DNA of 64,000 nucleotides from Pocillopora damicornis (Eukaryota): NCBI RefSeq assembly GCF_003704095.1, contig NW_020844305.1, positions 62,001 to 126,000 of the forward strand, read 5' to 3'. Shown piece by piece: positions 1 to 12,445 of this stretch (position 1 is its first letter; each line of letters starts with the position of its first letter). The notes under the pieces were generated by a model. It saw only the letters and a program-made list of their open reading frames with translations, ran no database searches and was not told where the DNA came from. The position numbers and the translations under genes were made by a program.

Positions 1-124
1 ACCAGCTGCGGTGGAAAATTGAATGCATATGTAGGTATTCCACAGTTGGACAATGGACTCTGGAATGCTGTACCTATAGTACAACGATAACATTTAATCT
101 TCAAAATAATCACTTCAAACCAAC

Positions 125-3100
125 CTGTTGTTTTGCGAGGAATGTTTGTTCATCCTCTGCAGTAACTTCTTTGTCTTGTATTGGCTGACAAAAGACAAAT
201 GCACTTTGAATTAAAACTTCATAGCCAACTCTGCTCCAAGCAATTCTTTTCCAAGCGCGGGATCAAAACGGTAATCCCACACGGGCAAGATGGGCCCGTT
301 ACCTGCTCCGGTAGCCAATCAGAACACAGGAATCGCCTCATCTTGCCCACGGGTGTTGCCAACTATGTGATAATTACAAATAATCGTGTATTGAAGTGTT
401 ATAGCAGTGCATTTAAGAAGCCTCGAAAGTTTCTGTCTCAACCGAATTCACTTAAATAATCTCTTTTCTTAAGAGAGGAATTAATTAATTGATTTGAATG
501 AATTCAAGAATTGTTTCAGCGTTTCTATATATTTTGAAGTAGGGGAATTTTTCTGAAAAATACAAGATACACCGTATTTGGAAGCTAGTTTTACAGTCAA
601 CCAACGATTTCATAACCTTCTTGGCCATATCTTAAGTTCACCACATTACTGACAAGAAAAGACCGGTGAAGAACAGTTCTCCTTCACAGTGTAAATCATT
701 TTTCAAGCAGTACCTTTCTCAGTTGAGGTTTAACAATATGATCATCAAACGCATCATCAGCCTGGATATTTTTCAAGTGTTCACTAAGAATGTTTATCTT
801 CTTTACAGAGTCCCAACCTGCTGGACTGTGAAAATAAAGAAATATTATTTTTTCTGACTCACTTAAAAAAAAAATCAATTACGCAACATTGTTTTGCAAA
901 ATATGTGCGTTTAATTTCCCTCCTTACATCCCCGAAAAATAAAGTGCACACCCCTGGGGCATTCCAGCTAATGCCCACAGCACTACTTAATTTAAATGTA
1001 CTATATTAGAGAATTTGCATGTTTGTGACCTTTGTAATTTGGTGACAATCATGTATATAAGTACCGTATTAGTAGTGACTCTTTCGTGATAAAGTTTCAT
1101 TCCTTGTTTGCACAGAAATGTTCTGATATCCGTAGGTGAAGTTAATTTTTACAGTTGAACCATTCCTAGCATTGCCCACAAAAGCTTTTGATTAATTAAT
1201 TTATTAATCTTTTAACATTGAATTGTCAATTTTTAACACAACAAATAAACTCTATATCTACACTCCTGCATGCAAAGTGAGAAGCAACTCTAGAGCAAAA
1301 TGTTCTCAATTTCAATTTGAAAAAAAAAATATATACAAAGCAATCGTTTGTGTCCCTATCCTTAAATGCATTTTGAGTATCAAAGTGCAAGTAAACAAAA
1401 CATCTGCATGGTTTCAACCTCTGGATTGTTAAGAAGCAACCATGAAAAAATGATATTCTCCTCATTAATCATTCAAAATAATAAGCAACCATCCATCAAC
1501 ATCAAGGCTCCACTATTTAGTGACCAACTCATAACAAGGTTGCTACAATAAAACTTTTCTCACATGAAAATAAGAGAGACAATGGACATTTTTTGCAACA
1601 TCACATGGTTTATCATTTTACTATTATGCCATTTTACCATATTAAGGCATCAAAACATGCAACTTTCACCATGGTATTACACTGTAGACCAGGTGAAAAT
1701 ACAGATGGAAGGTGGAGCAACAAAATGGCCTCATCACATGATCCATAGTTTGATTGTTTTTTTTTATTTCTTGGGCCTGTCTTTTTGATGTTCTTTCCAT
1801 CTTTTGACCACCCCTTATGCCAATGACCTAATGTTCCTTCAAGACCACCAGGATTATTACGGAAAATAGAAGCCACAATACTGGAAGTGTTGTAATAGTG
1901 GAATACTGAATCCATTCTTCTGAGCAGATATTTTTCTCATTGCTCATAGTTTTTCTCACCTCTACAGGACTAGGAAAAATACAACGCAACTCACAAAACA
2001 TCTGCGCAGAATATACATGTACAGGTCAAACCATGGAATAAGGTTTAGATATTACTACTTGACACCAATCTTGATACTCACATAAATACTGAATCCTTAT
2101 CCACAACCAAAGCTGGACTATTGAATGGTAGGCCATATATTTGATGGACTAAGTATCTGTGTAATAGTGTGCAGTTCTTATTTTCTTTGACAGAGGTGTA
2201 AAACAATGTAGCACCATCTTTTATCAGTCAAGGAAAATAAAAAATAAGGGAAATAATTCAAGATCATTCAATCCCCTTGTTTGCGTTAGAGAGTATTCAG
2301 CTAGCATGTGCACCACAATTGGTCAATTAAGTGGGCCGTATTTTACTGTACTGCCAGCTGAATTTAAAAGTTTGTTTGAATTGGAATCTTCTTCCCCTGC
2401 TTGAACCTAGAGATGTACTAAATATCTTACTGCCCTTGTTTTCTTGGTCCACACATACATGTAGCTCGTAGTTTCTGCCCAGATTTCTGGTTTGCATGCC
2501 ATGTGCTTGGACCATAAATCCCAGAGGAAAAAACCGGGTCTGTAAATTGCAGTACAGACCTGAAACTCATTAAGTGAGAAGTACTTATTGTGAGTTGCAC
2601 AACCCTGTGTATCTGAGAGCAAATACAACTAATACACAAATTGTGATTATTTTACTTATAAATAATGTGTAATGTTCATGAGGATACATTTCAAGCAGTG
2701 CCTTCTGATGTGTTGTTGAATAAAATCAAAATGCTCCTCTCTATAATCTCTGTCCTTTTCAAGTGCGGACATGCAGTCAGTCTGAAACGAAAAAAAAAAC
2801 AAACTAGAACCATTAGAAAAATATAAAGTACAATTAAGCAGTAATCAGTCAAGAAAAATATCAACAAGGGAAACATTAGTGGATTTGATACCAAACCAAA
2901 TGCTCTATGTTAATATTGAGAGTTAAAGAGTTGTATGGAGAATTACTAAATGGATGGGATCTTAGGAGTGAAAGGGTTTGGCAATAAGAGCCTAAAAATT
3001 AGCACAGCTTTTTATACTGTGTTCTTGTAACAGCAACCCTTAATGTAGTACTATAAATACCTTAGTGACGACAACTACCATAGGTAGACCAAGATTGTCT

Positions 3101-5824
3101 GTGAGTACATTTTCATCAAGTGGAAGAAGAACCTTGTCTTCATCTTTTATTCCTGATCTTCTCCTGTCCTCTGTTGTTTCATCTGGTTCTGCATACTCTT
3201 GAAATTGCTGCACAACTAAAAGTGTAATTTATAGGTTACTGGTCATTTCATACCCACTGTTGTTTAGTACTGAGCTAGGTAGTTTTGCTTCCAGTCAGTT
3301 GAGTCATTTTGTACCCAGCTTGGTAGTTTTGTGCCCAAACCAATACTGTATGTTTTCCACGTTAACAATTGGAGAAGAAAATATCACACTTACATAAGCT
3401 TTTATTGTTAAAAAAAAATCACAAGTATAAACAATAGACTTCTCTATCAAAAATTTCACACTTACCTTGCCCTAAGCAATAATTAACTTGTCATATGCAA
3501 CAATTGATATCTGCTCATGCACAGGCTGGTCTTTTAAATACTTGTACACACTGTATAAACCGATCAGTGATATGGGTATGAACCATCTCATACTTGAATA
3601 CAAACTGACAGCATTTGGGCATGAAAAAACCATGGGTACAAAACAACTGGATACCAATTTATGAAAGTGTGCAAGTTAGTCCCTTGCAATGTAATTGGAG
3701 GTAAATTAAACAATAATACAAAATAATGCTCAAATCACTGCTACTGATAAAAAAATTAGTATCAACATGATTGAGATACACCTAATGCCAGCAATCTTTT
3801 TGAAGAAAAAGAGCAAAAAGCTAAATTCACAAGCATACTCTATTAGCATATATATTTTTTAATTTCATTTTTGGAAGTGCTTAAAACAACATCTGATTCT
3901 CTCAAGAAGTTTGAAATAGTTTTTAACAGAAAATTCTTCAAAATTGTTTGGCTGGCAGGAATATAGCCAAAGGGCAGTTTTAAATGATAATAAATTCCTT
4001 AATTATGAAAATAGTTAGAGATTGATTTGTAAATAAATCATTATCAGTCTAAGTTGACTTATAGGGTAAGTATCAAATTGGCATCTATAAAGATTATGTA
4101 TAAAAATCATAGTTCCATGTATTTTGCTGCATCTTCTTCACAATCATTCAAATTTATTTGGTTTCAAACTACATTTTGTTCCATTCTCCAATTCCTCATT
4201 TCTAAGTTTTAATGCTTATTATCTCTCACACTGGATCACACATGAAAACCTTCAACTTTAAGACTTTTACCAGGGTAACACTCTTCCTCCCCAAAAATCC
4301 TATGTTATTTACATAGCAAAACCTTTATCTAAAATGATAATTTCTGTCTGTTAACAATGACAGGATACCACTATAAGAAGATACACTCCCAGCCTTATTC
4401 AAAGCAACAAATGATTTATTGTAAACTAAAGTTTTTGCACATTTGCATGTCAAGAAAACTTTGAAGTGATCTTATGCTGCTATGCAGAAATTCAAAATTC
4501 ATAAATTAAACATGATATTCGCCCCCTCCTTGTTAATCCATTCGATTCATTTTAGAGCATTGAAATGAAAATCACAACAAGATTATTTCAAGAGACGCTT
4601 CAAATTAGGTTTTCCATCGCAGCAAAAAGTAAATAAGCGGTGTAAACGTAAATAATTTAAGAACATTCCTTTCGATGAAAACATTATCTTAGTATTTTTT
4701 AAAGTCAGTCGTAAAATTTGCCATAACTTTACCCTGATTATTGAACTGTACAGTTCTATTTTATTTTCACAGAAACACAAATTGATTTTGCAAATCACTT
4801 ATTTCAAGCAATATTGCTTCCTGTATATGATAGGGTACTGTGAAGACGTGAATATCGAGATCAAGCGATCGCCGTCTAAAATTTGAACGATGTCCTGTTG
4901 AAAATCTAAATCACGACGAACAAACACCGATAAAAAGAAGTGACAACTTAAAAAAACTATCATATGCATGAGTCTAACCAGCTATGCAAACAGAAGTAAA
5001 AAATAGTCACTCCACTACGTATGTATCGACTCGAAGCGAAGTAAGAATATTCACTACTACTATTTAAAATGAAAACTTACTTCGTTCCTCCATTTCGTTT
5101 AACTCTTTAGGCGGTAGTTTCAGTGAATGAATGTGTTCCCGAAGAACTTCTGTCCACGAATGCAAAGATTCCATAATTGTCCATGGTCTAGAGATGTCCA
5201 CAACTTGAACGATAAGAGTGTTAGTAATACTTTTAGGTGTGATGGCAAATTGCAGAAGACCTTTGTGAAGAGGATCGCCGTCCAATATCCATACCCCTAA
5301 TCTTGTACTGTCTACATTGAGAACGAAAAGACAAAATGTCAGACACATGCCAAAATCAAATAGCATCGTATTTACACACTGAACTGAATTATGATCATAC
5401 CATCTCTCTCCTCATCATGAACATCCAAATATGTGTATTCCAGTCCGTGACCTTTACTTATTTCATCTTCTTTACCTCGAAGCTTTGAAATCAGCGTCGT
5501 TTTCCCCGAGCCATCGTTACCTGAAAAGAATGTTCTCGTTTAAAAAAAGAGAATCGAAACACGAACCAAGAAGTGAAAGGTCACAATCTATAAAGCACTG
5601 CTTACCTAACAGCACAATCGCCTTGTTAGAGGGTAATTTTCGACTAGCTGAACTTGAAACGTCACTCAAAATCGACGACCTACGGAACATAAATAACAGC
5701 CAACCATCACCATCATGGACTGTACCAACGTAATCTAGACAAACAAGTTTTTTATGTTTCAATACCAGAGATCTTTGCCTTCTTCTTCGCCGCCAGCCGA
5801 ACCTCGATCATCGACGTCCGCCAT
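125..5824 (-). CDS. DYNC1LI: Cytoplasmic dynein 1 light intermediate chain (3' end lies outside the window)
   Basis: GT-AG exons 5766-5824, 5606-5679, 5401-5520, 5081-5311, 3061-3215, 2688-2781, 2082-2217, 714-825 and 125-184 splice in frame: [44 protein letters not shown] (P-loop)..[59 protein letters not shown]. These are hallmark DLIC motifs. Confidence 0.95.
3234..3655. mobile_element. Non-autonomous DNA transposon (MITE-like) in a dynein intron
   Basis: Imperfect terminal inverted repeats GGTTACTGGTCATTTCATACCC / GGGTACAAAACAACTGGATACC, with repeated subterminal TTTTGTACCC-like units at both ends. Confidence 0.55.
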
Positions 5825-7818
5825 TTTGAGATATAATTTTTCAAAGTTCCCGTATATCTAATGGGCCTGTCTCGAACCCATGCCCCTCTCATTTCGCGGT
5901 TATCAACCAATGGACAACGATAGTTAGTATTTCGAACCTTCTCGATTTTTCTTCCTTCTAATAATAGTTTGAACTCCAGGTAAACTTCATTTGTATAAAA
6001 CTGGTATAGGTGTGTAAGGTACTATTTCTTCTTCTACTTCTACCTCTTTTTCTTCTTCTTTATAGAATGATAGGCCGGGTAACATGGCTGACTCTGCCTG
6101 GATTCAAATTAAGGGAGACAGTGAGGTTTACCGTGACCTGCTAACACGCCCTCATTATTAACACTACGGCACGAGCGCTTCTTCATTCGTGAGAAGTTTG
6201 ATGTGAGCTGGTGAGAGTTCTGCAAGAGGCCTGGCTCTACTTAGTCCTCTTAGCTCTCTTTCGGAGTACTTTGTACAAATAGTCTAGTCAGGCCTCAATT
6301 TTTCCAGCGTGTCTGTGGCTTTAGTCAGTTTTTGTTCTCTTTAATACATTATAGTCGCGCACTACCCGTCCCAGGTTCCTTTTTCTTTGTATCCTACCAG
6401 TATCTTCTTTAAAATTTTTTTCCAGGATCCATTTGACATCACTACTAAGACCTAATGATGTGTTGAAAGGCCATCATGAATAAATGTTCTTTATCATTAT
6501 TTTCTTGCTCCCTTATCCAGGCGCAAGGTGGCAGAAAAAATAATTATTTTTTGGTTGAGATCCGTTAAAATCAAATAACAGTATCATTTCAACACTTCAT
6601 CCTTACCAAAAAAAATACTAATCACAATCTGCTCCAATCCAGCACCCTAGCTACTCGTATGTTAATTTTGTCCCTCAAAAAATCGCTAGAGCGTTATCCA
6701 CAGCTTGCAATTAAGTTACCATTAGCGCAAGCACTGAACAAAAAGCAAGGAAGCTCGCTTGTTTTGAGCTCGCAAACGGAGTGGCTCCTTACAGACCTCT
6801 GGCACACAGCCACTCGTGTCGTAGCGCCATGAGGTTTATTGCATCTCCGTACTGTTTTTATTTCATTTCCCAAAATACTCTGCTCAAAGACCTTCTGTTT
6901 AAGGTTTCGAACGGAATCGAACCCATGTCTCCTCGACACAAGTTGGACGGTATTACCTGTTGGCCTACGTCGGGAGTAGGGCGCATTTTTGAGGGTTATT
7001 CTTTCCCGTACAGGAAACTGGTGATAAATTAAATTCTACACAGTAATTATAATTTTTGCTTCCCCGCCAATGATGAAACGAAGTCTTAGTTATTTGAAGG
7101 CTTTGGTTGATTTTTTTTAATTCAAATTTTCCGCGTAACCCACAGGCACCAGAGAACTCTTACTTTCAGCTGACATGTATCGCGCGTACATGGGCAGCTA
7201 TTAAGTAAATCATCGCCACTTTCAGATATTGTAAAGTTATCAGGTAGATTAAAACTCGTGCTTCTTACAGCAAGCCATGTAAAAAATTCCATTAACTTGG
7301 GGAGCGTGGAACAGTTGACCATAATACAGTTAATTTCACATTTGAAGGCAACACATCTGAAATCATAAGTTTGTTTGACTTGACAATAAGTCTACTTTAA
7401 TGAGTTTACGCTTAAAGTAAACTCTTGAGTCTTATTTCGTCATCGGACTGTACATATTTACATAATTGTACATTGTATTGATTGTACATTTTAAAAAAAT
7501 TCTGTTCGGAATGAACATGAGGTTTATTGATTCGGTCGCAAGAACAACGGTACCTGAGATCTCCAATAAATTCATTGTACGAGAATATAAACTGAGCAGT
7601 CTTGTGCGGTGTCGATAAACGTAACGTCCCTAGGACATAAGAAAAGTGAACGAGTTTGTTTATCCACTTTTTTTCCCCTGATGACCTAAAATGAGTTTGC
7701 ATTCTCGAGGCTAATTTATTCATTGTGTTGCCGAAGTTCTTATGAAAAAAGGCACATATCCTAAAGCTGCTTTCAGAGCTAGACGAAAGAAGCAAAATAA
7801 CTCTTTATTCTTTATTCC

Positions 7819-8671
7819 TTTAACCCCTAAGAGTGACTGACTGGCTTATAATTTCACCTTGCAATATCAGCCTTGAATCAAATGTTAAGGTATATCCTCA
7901 GTTTTACACCGCGCATCCTGTATTGCGCATAAAAATTACGTAATCAGGGGAATGAGCTCGCGCGCATTTTGAGAACACGGCATTGTTTTTCAATCCAGGT
8001 GAAGAAGTAAGATGATCTTTAGCTCTTGAACGAGCACGGCGACCTATGTTTTTCATTGCATAATCTTGGTGAACAAACTATTCCCTTTAGATTGGAGAAA
8101 TTGAAATAAAGAATCGTCTAAGGGAAAAAAGATATCGCTAAAAGCGTGCACAAAGCCCGTTACTCGAGCATGCAGATTATGACCTTGGGAGCAACTACTC
8201 GAGGTACGTTTGAAGTCAATGTCGTTTAAGATTGCGTAATTTTTCCACAAAACACATATCAAATTGTCCCATACTCTCGAGACTTTCTACCTATCGAGTT
8301 TGTTTCAAGTGTTACTTTAAAATCCATTGCCTCCAGCTGCAGAAAAATATACCGTGAAGCGATGAAATGACGCGCGTAATTTGTGCCAGTACAGGCATAA
8401 ACAAGGTAAGTTTGGCCCATCCTATCTCTTAAATAGATACGGTGACCTATTTTTTTCGAAACAAGTATTGGTATGAAACTTTTAAGGAAAGTGTAGAATT
8501 ATTTTATAATTTTTTTTTTCTGAGTAATCACCTTAAGGTTATGAGAATAAAGGAGAGGTTCACCAATTTAGGAAGCTCCTGATTGTAGGACAAATTCTCC
8601 TTGTCAGTACCAGAGGAAATATAAAGAGAATAGTGTGGAGAATATGAATACTAATATTAGGGTGTTAAGGG
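7819..8671. mobile_element. TTAA-CCC MITE interrupted by a second TTAA-targeting element (7889-8532)
   Basis: The outer halves match the ~200-bp MITE at 49154-49360. The insert is flanked by TTAA at 7885-7888 and 8533-8536 and has GGT..CTCAG / CTGAG..ACC inverted termini. Confidence 0.7.
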
Positions 8672-9034
8672 CTATGAATTACTGTTTACTGATCCAGCCC
8701 TATACACAGTGGTAGTCAACTCGATATTCCAATAAAGGCGTAATTATAGATAGAGATGACCTCTGAAAAAGGTCCTTCACTCAGAAAATCTTTTTGAGAT
8801 AATTTTTAAAAATTTTCTTTCCAACTCTTTATTTTAGTTTGCAAAAGCTGATGGGTTAAGTAGTCCCTTTCAAAAGCACTTAAATCACGATTATAAGGCC
8901 CTTACAGTGCACATGGCCATCGGCAAAACATATGGGGTCAAAAGGACTGTTTGAATTGAAGTGAGGAGTGAAAACAAATCATGGTATTACGATAACTCTC
9001 TACTTATCTACTTTCATTTTCCTCTCCCACTTAG

Positions 9035-9302
9035 GGCCAGTTGTATGGCTGGAGTCGTGTCCAATGCGACACAGCTTTCAAAACTGATATGTACCAACTC
9101 TGCCAGACGACCTAAACAAGAAAACGGTTCTTGACACAAGCGTGGAATTGGCTTAAAAGCGTCATTTCGGATAAGGTGAAACGCTACGAGGCTGGCGCAG
9201 AAATCTACTACAATTCTGTTTATTACTTCAGGCATGCGTACTACGAGGTGCAACAATCTGTGTACACAAAGTCCTGGTGATCCAAATGAGGCGATCACCT
9301 GA
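9035..9302 (+). pseudogene. Conodipine-like phospholipase A2 pseudogene (exon 2)
   Basis: After a polypyrimidine tract and AG, it reads GQLYGWSRVQCDTAFKTDMYQLCQTT*TRKRFLTQAWNWLKSVISDKVKRYEAGAEIYYNSVYYFRHAYYE / frameshift / CNNLCTQSPGDPNEAIT*. This is clearly paralogous to 15848-16114. There is an in-frame TAA at 9113-9115. Confidence 0.85.
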
Positions 9303-11178
9303 AAGGCCAACATTGTTAAAAGATTATGTCTCAAGCTATAAAGCTAACTAGCTTGAATGGCATGATATGGTAGTAAACTGTACTTTCTAAATAGCAATAA
9401 AAGATTGTAAAATGTGCATTCTTTCGGTTGTATTTTTAACCTCAAATATGTCCTTTCTTTCAATTGTTCTATATTTCCTTGAGGGGGGGAGGGGGGGGAG
9501 GGGGGGAGGATGGTTTTCAACTAAGTAAAACCAACTAAAAAAAGTTAATTCGTCAATCTTTTTACTTTAGTTGCCACACTAGCCACCACAAGAGGTCAAG
9601 AAAAACAGTTTGGCTTGGATTGATCTCAGTTTTATATTGGTCTTGCACTAAAAACGTACAACAACGAGTTCTGATTCCTAAAAAATTAAACTGGCGTTAA
9701 AAAGCATTTTAGTCGATTTACTGTCGTGCAATATGTTATAATATTGTCCAAATTCACCAATAAATTTCCCGTTAATAAAGAAAAAGCTTTTTATATAAAA
9801 TCATTTTCAAATAGCGACAAATGGTGTTTATTTTTGAAAGAAGAAAAGCCGGCGAATAAGTAAACTCAGCTTGGGGGCGTTTTTACCGCTTACCGCCCTG
9901 ATGACGAAATTGCACATGTTAGTTTACCCATGCGTGACAGCTAATTTCTCAAGAATGAAATGACGCATGTTTTGATAAATAATCTGCTATTTGTTTACTT
10001 TTCCGAAAGTTTCAAGAAGTAAAACTTGGGTTGAATTTCAGTCCGTCTGTCAGCTTCGCACGCATTGAGTGGGAAAAGTTTTGTTCCCTTTTTACAAAGT
10101 GAGATTTTAGTACACCTCAAGGGTCTCGCAAGACGGCGAAAAGGTACAGTAGTACTATGGTATTGTATTGAGAAAAGGCTCTGTTCTCTACATCGCCCAT
10201 AAAAAAATCAAATTATCTTATAGAGATAGGATGTTTAAAAGCCAGGCAAATGGTACGCTTATATTAAGTTTTTTTGGCAAACTGGTAAACATTTTTTGAT
10301 AGCCGTCCACAAGTTGAGATTTTGGAGGGTCTGTTCGCATCAGGTTGTTTTAGCTTTTTAAGAGCTTGGGTTCCGTGTTTGCGGACTGATAAGGAGACAC
10401 TTGTTAAAAAGACTTTTTGCATTTATTTCTAATAACATTTTTAAGGTGGTGTTTAATATCAGATTGATAAACAGGAATTTTTGGAAGAGACAAAGACAGA
10501 TGATAGATTTTGAGCTTGGTCGCCAAATGAAAGGATGTTGTTCATTTATCAAAGAGAAAATCGTGAATATCGGATTTCGCGCTTCGATGCCCTACAGACA
10601 ACTCGTTTTGACATTGTTTGGCCGTAGAATCAAGTCTTTCTGTAAAAAAAGAGTTTTCCAGTGTTATTTTTCATTTTAATTCACTTACTAAGAAATAACC
10701 TGCTTAAAAGCTTCCAAACAGTGAAAAGATAGTTTACCATATCTCATTGCTTGCACTGTTTGCAGTAGAGAGCTCTTCCTCTTTCGTAATTACCCATGGT
10801 TTGTGATTACGATAATTTAATGAAATTTACTCAATATACACATTTTCTTTAAATTCATTTAGTAGACTTGACATAAAATTCTACTGGGATTGGTTATTCT
10901 CACCGTTTCAATTTTAAAATTTGCGTTTCATCATTTTTTAAGGAATATCAACTTTTACATTAAAACTTTTTTTTCATTAGTTCATGGCAAATGCGTCAGT
11001 CCTCAGTTCTAAGTGAGCATTTATTTAGAAGCTTTCTTTTCAATAGGGATTTGCATCTTGATAGAACGCAACGTCCTATGTACCATACTAATTCACTGGC
11101 TACTTTATCACTCTTTTTCACAAAAGTGCAACATTAAAGCGGAATCTGGCAAAAATCGCACAGTTCGAGGCTTAATGG

Positions 11179-11390
11179 TCAACTCTTTAACTCCCATGAG
11201 TGACCAAGACAGAATCTCTCCTTACAATATCAATACTACACCAAGCCGGAAAGTGACGAGAATTAAGAGAAATGACTATTAAGAAATCATTAGCCAATCC
11301 AATACCAAATTCTCCAAACCCAAATCATAAAAGCTGTATGACAGACAGTAAGGAGAATTACTGTTGAGATCCTGGGTGTAGAGGGGTTAA
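11179..11390. mobile_element. ~200-bp MITE with TTAA-CCCTTTAACTCC termini (piggyBac-like ends), highly repeated
   Basis: Termini TCAACTCTTTAACTCCC...GGGTGTAGAGGGGTTAA. Related copies lie at about 35548-35745, 37975-38187, 40679-40891, 42298-42452 (truncated), 49154-49360, 51877-52084, 54867-55070, 57412-57616, 58985-59190 and 61900-62097. Confidence 0.75.
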
Positions 11391-12445
11391 AGGACAAAAC
11401 TGTGGATCAATCAAAGGCGATTTTTCTATGATAAGAAAAACGCATTGTGCGTCAAACGAAATAGTTATCAGTTTTGGGCTAGAGACGTTTGAAGGGGTCA
11501 ACATTTCATCGTCTAAACTGTAGAGAAAACTGCTAGGGGACAAATCAAGATGATTTACTTTTAGATTTTATGGAGGTTCAAAGTGTTGATTAAAAGAAAA
11601 TAGAGTTAAAGTTCCTTAGTTTTTAGCTCACACTTGTTCAGTTTATCTTTTGTCAGAATGACTGAAGGATTTTTCAAGAATGTTATCAGAATGTTGGGAA
11701 GGGATGGGAGGGCGGGGAAAGATAAATAACATATTGAAATGTGGTTTCAGCGACTATGACCAAGCTAAGAAAACTAGAATAACTGTTTTCCGTTTGAGTG
11801 CGACTTTTTGCTTATTCAGTTTTTAATAACACTGAACTCGTTCCAGAAAAATTGGATTCGCAGTCTAAAAAGGTCGCAAAAGTGAAATAGTCAGTAAACA
11901 ATTAAACCTTTTACAATTTTGAGTGAAAACCGATTTTAATAAACAATTGACATCCGAAATTTGTTCTTTTGAAAAAACATTTTACACAAATGAAAAAGTT
12001 AAGTGCCGAAGTTGACACAGTATAATCTTAAGGTACTACAGTACACCCGTCTAAATTCACACGCCAAACTTAGATCCATAAGCCATTCGCGAAAGAGAAG
12101 GGGCTACTTAGGAAATAAAAAGACCCTCTTCGTCATTTACCTACAACTCTTCTGGGGTTTAACTTTGCCAGGATCAGAAATTTTGAAAACGTGGGAGAAA
12201 AACCTCGGTAGGTAAATGAATGCTAATCCTCAAGTATCTTTTTTTTATATGCGGCAATATTCTTCTTGTTTAAGCTAAATATACGATTTTTTAAATTTTT
12301 TCCCACCAAACATTTTCCATATCTTTTGTATTCTGTGTCCAAATTGCCGATCACATGTGTCAGTCTCCAGCACTAGTCTTGTTAGAAAAGAAGAAACAAT
12401 TCGGAGAAAGAAAGGTAAAGTTTCGTGCGATTTAGTATTATCCCT

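Noticed and set aside
1-74. Possible further dynein LIC exon after a TAG acceptor
   Set aside because: The phase-0 translation (VQHSRVHCPTVEY..) shows no DLIC similarity and the region is cut by the window edge.
1634-2639. Short minus-strand ORFs inside dynein introns
   Set aside because: No recognisable motifs, and the neighbouring exons already join in frame without them.
6030-6490. Possible retroposon with a (GAA)n tail on the minus strand
   Set aside because: Only the simple-repeat tail is evident; no coding motif or target duplication could be confirmed.
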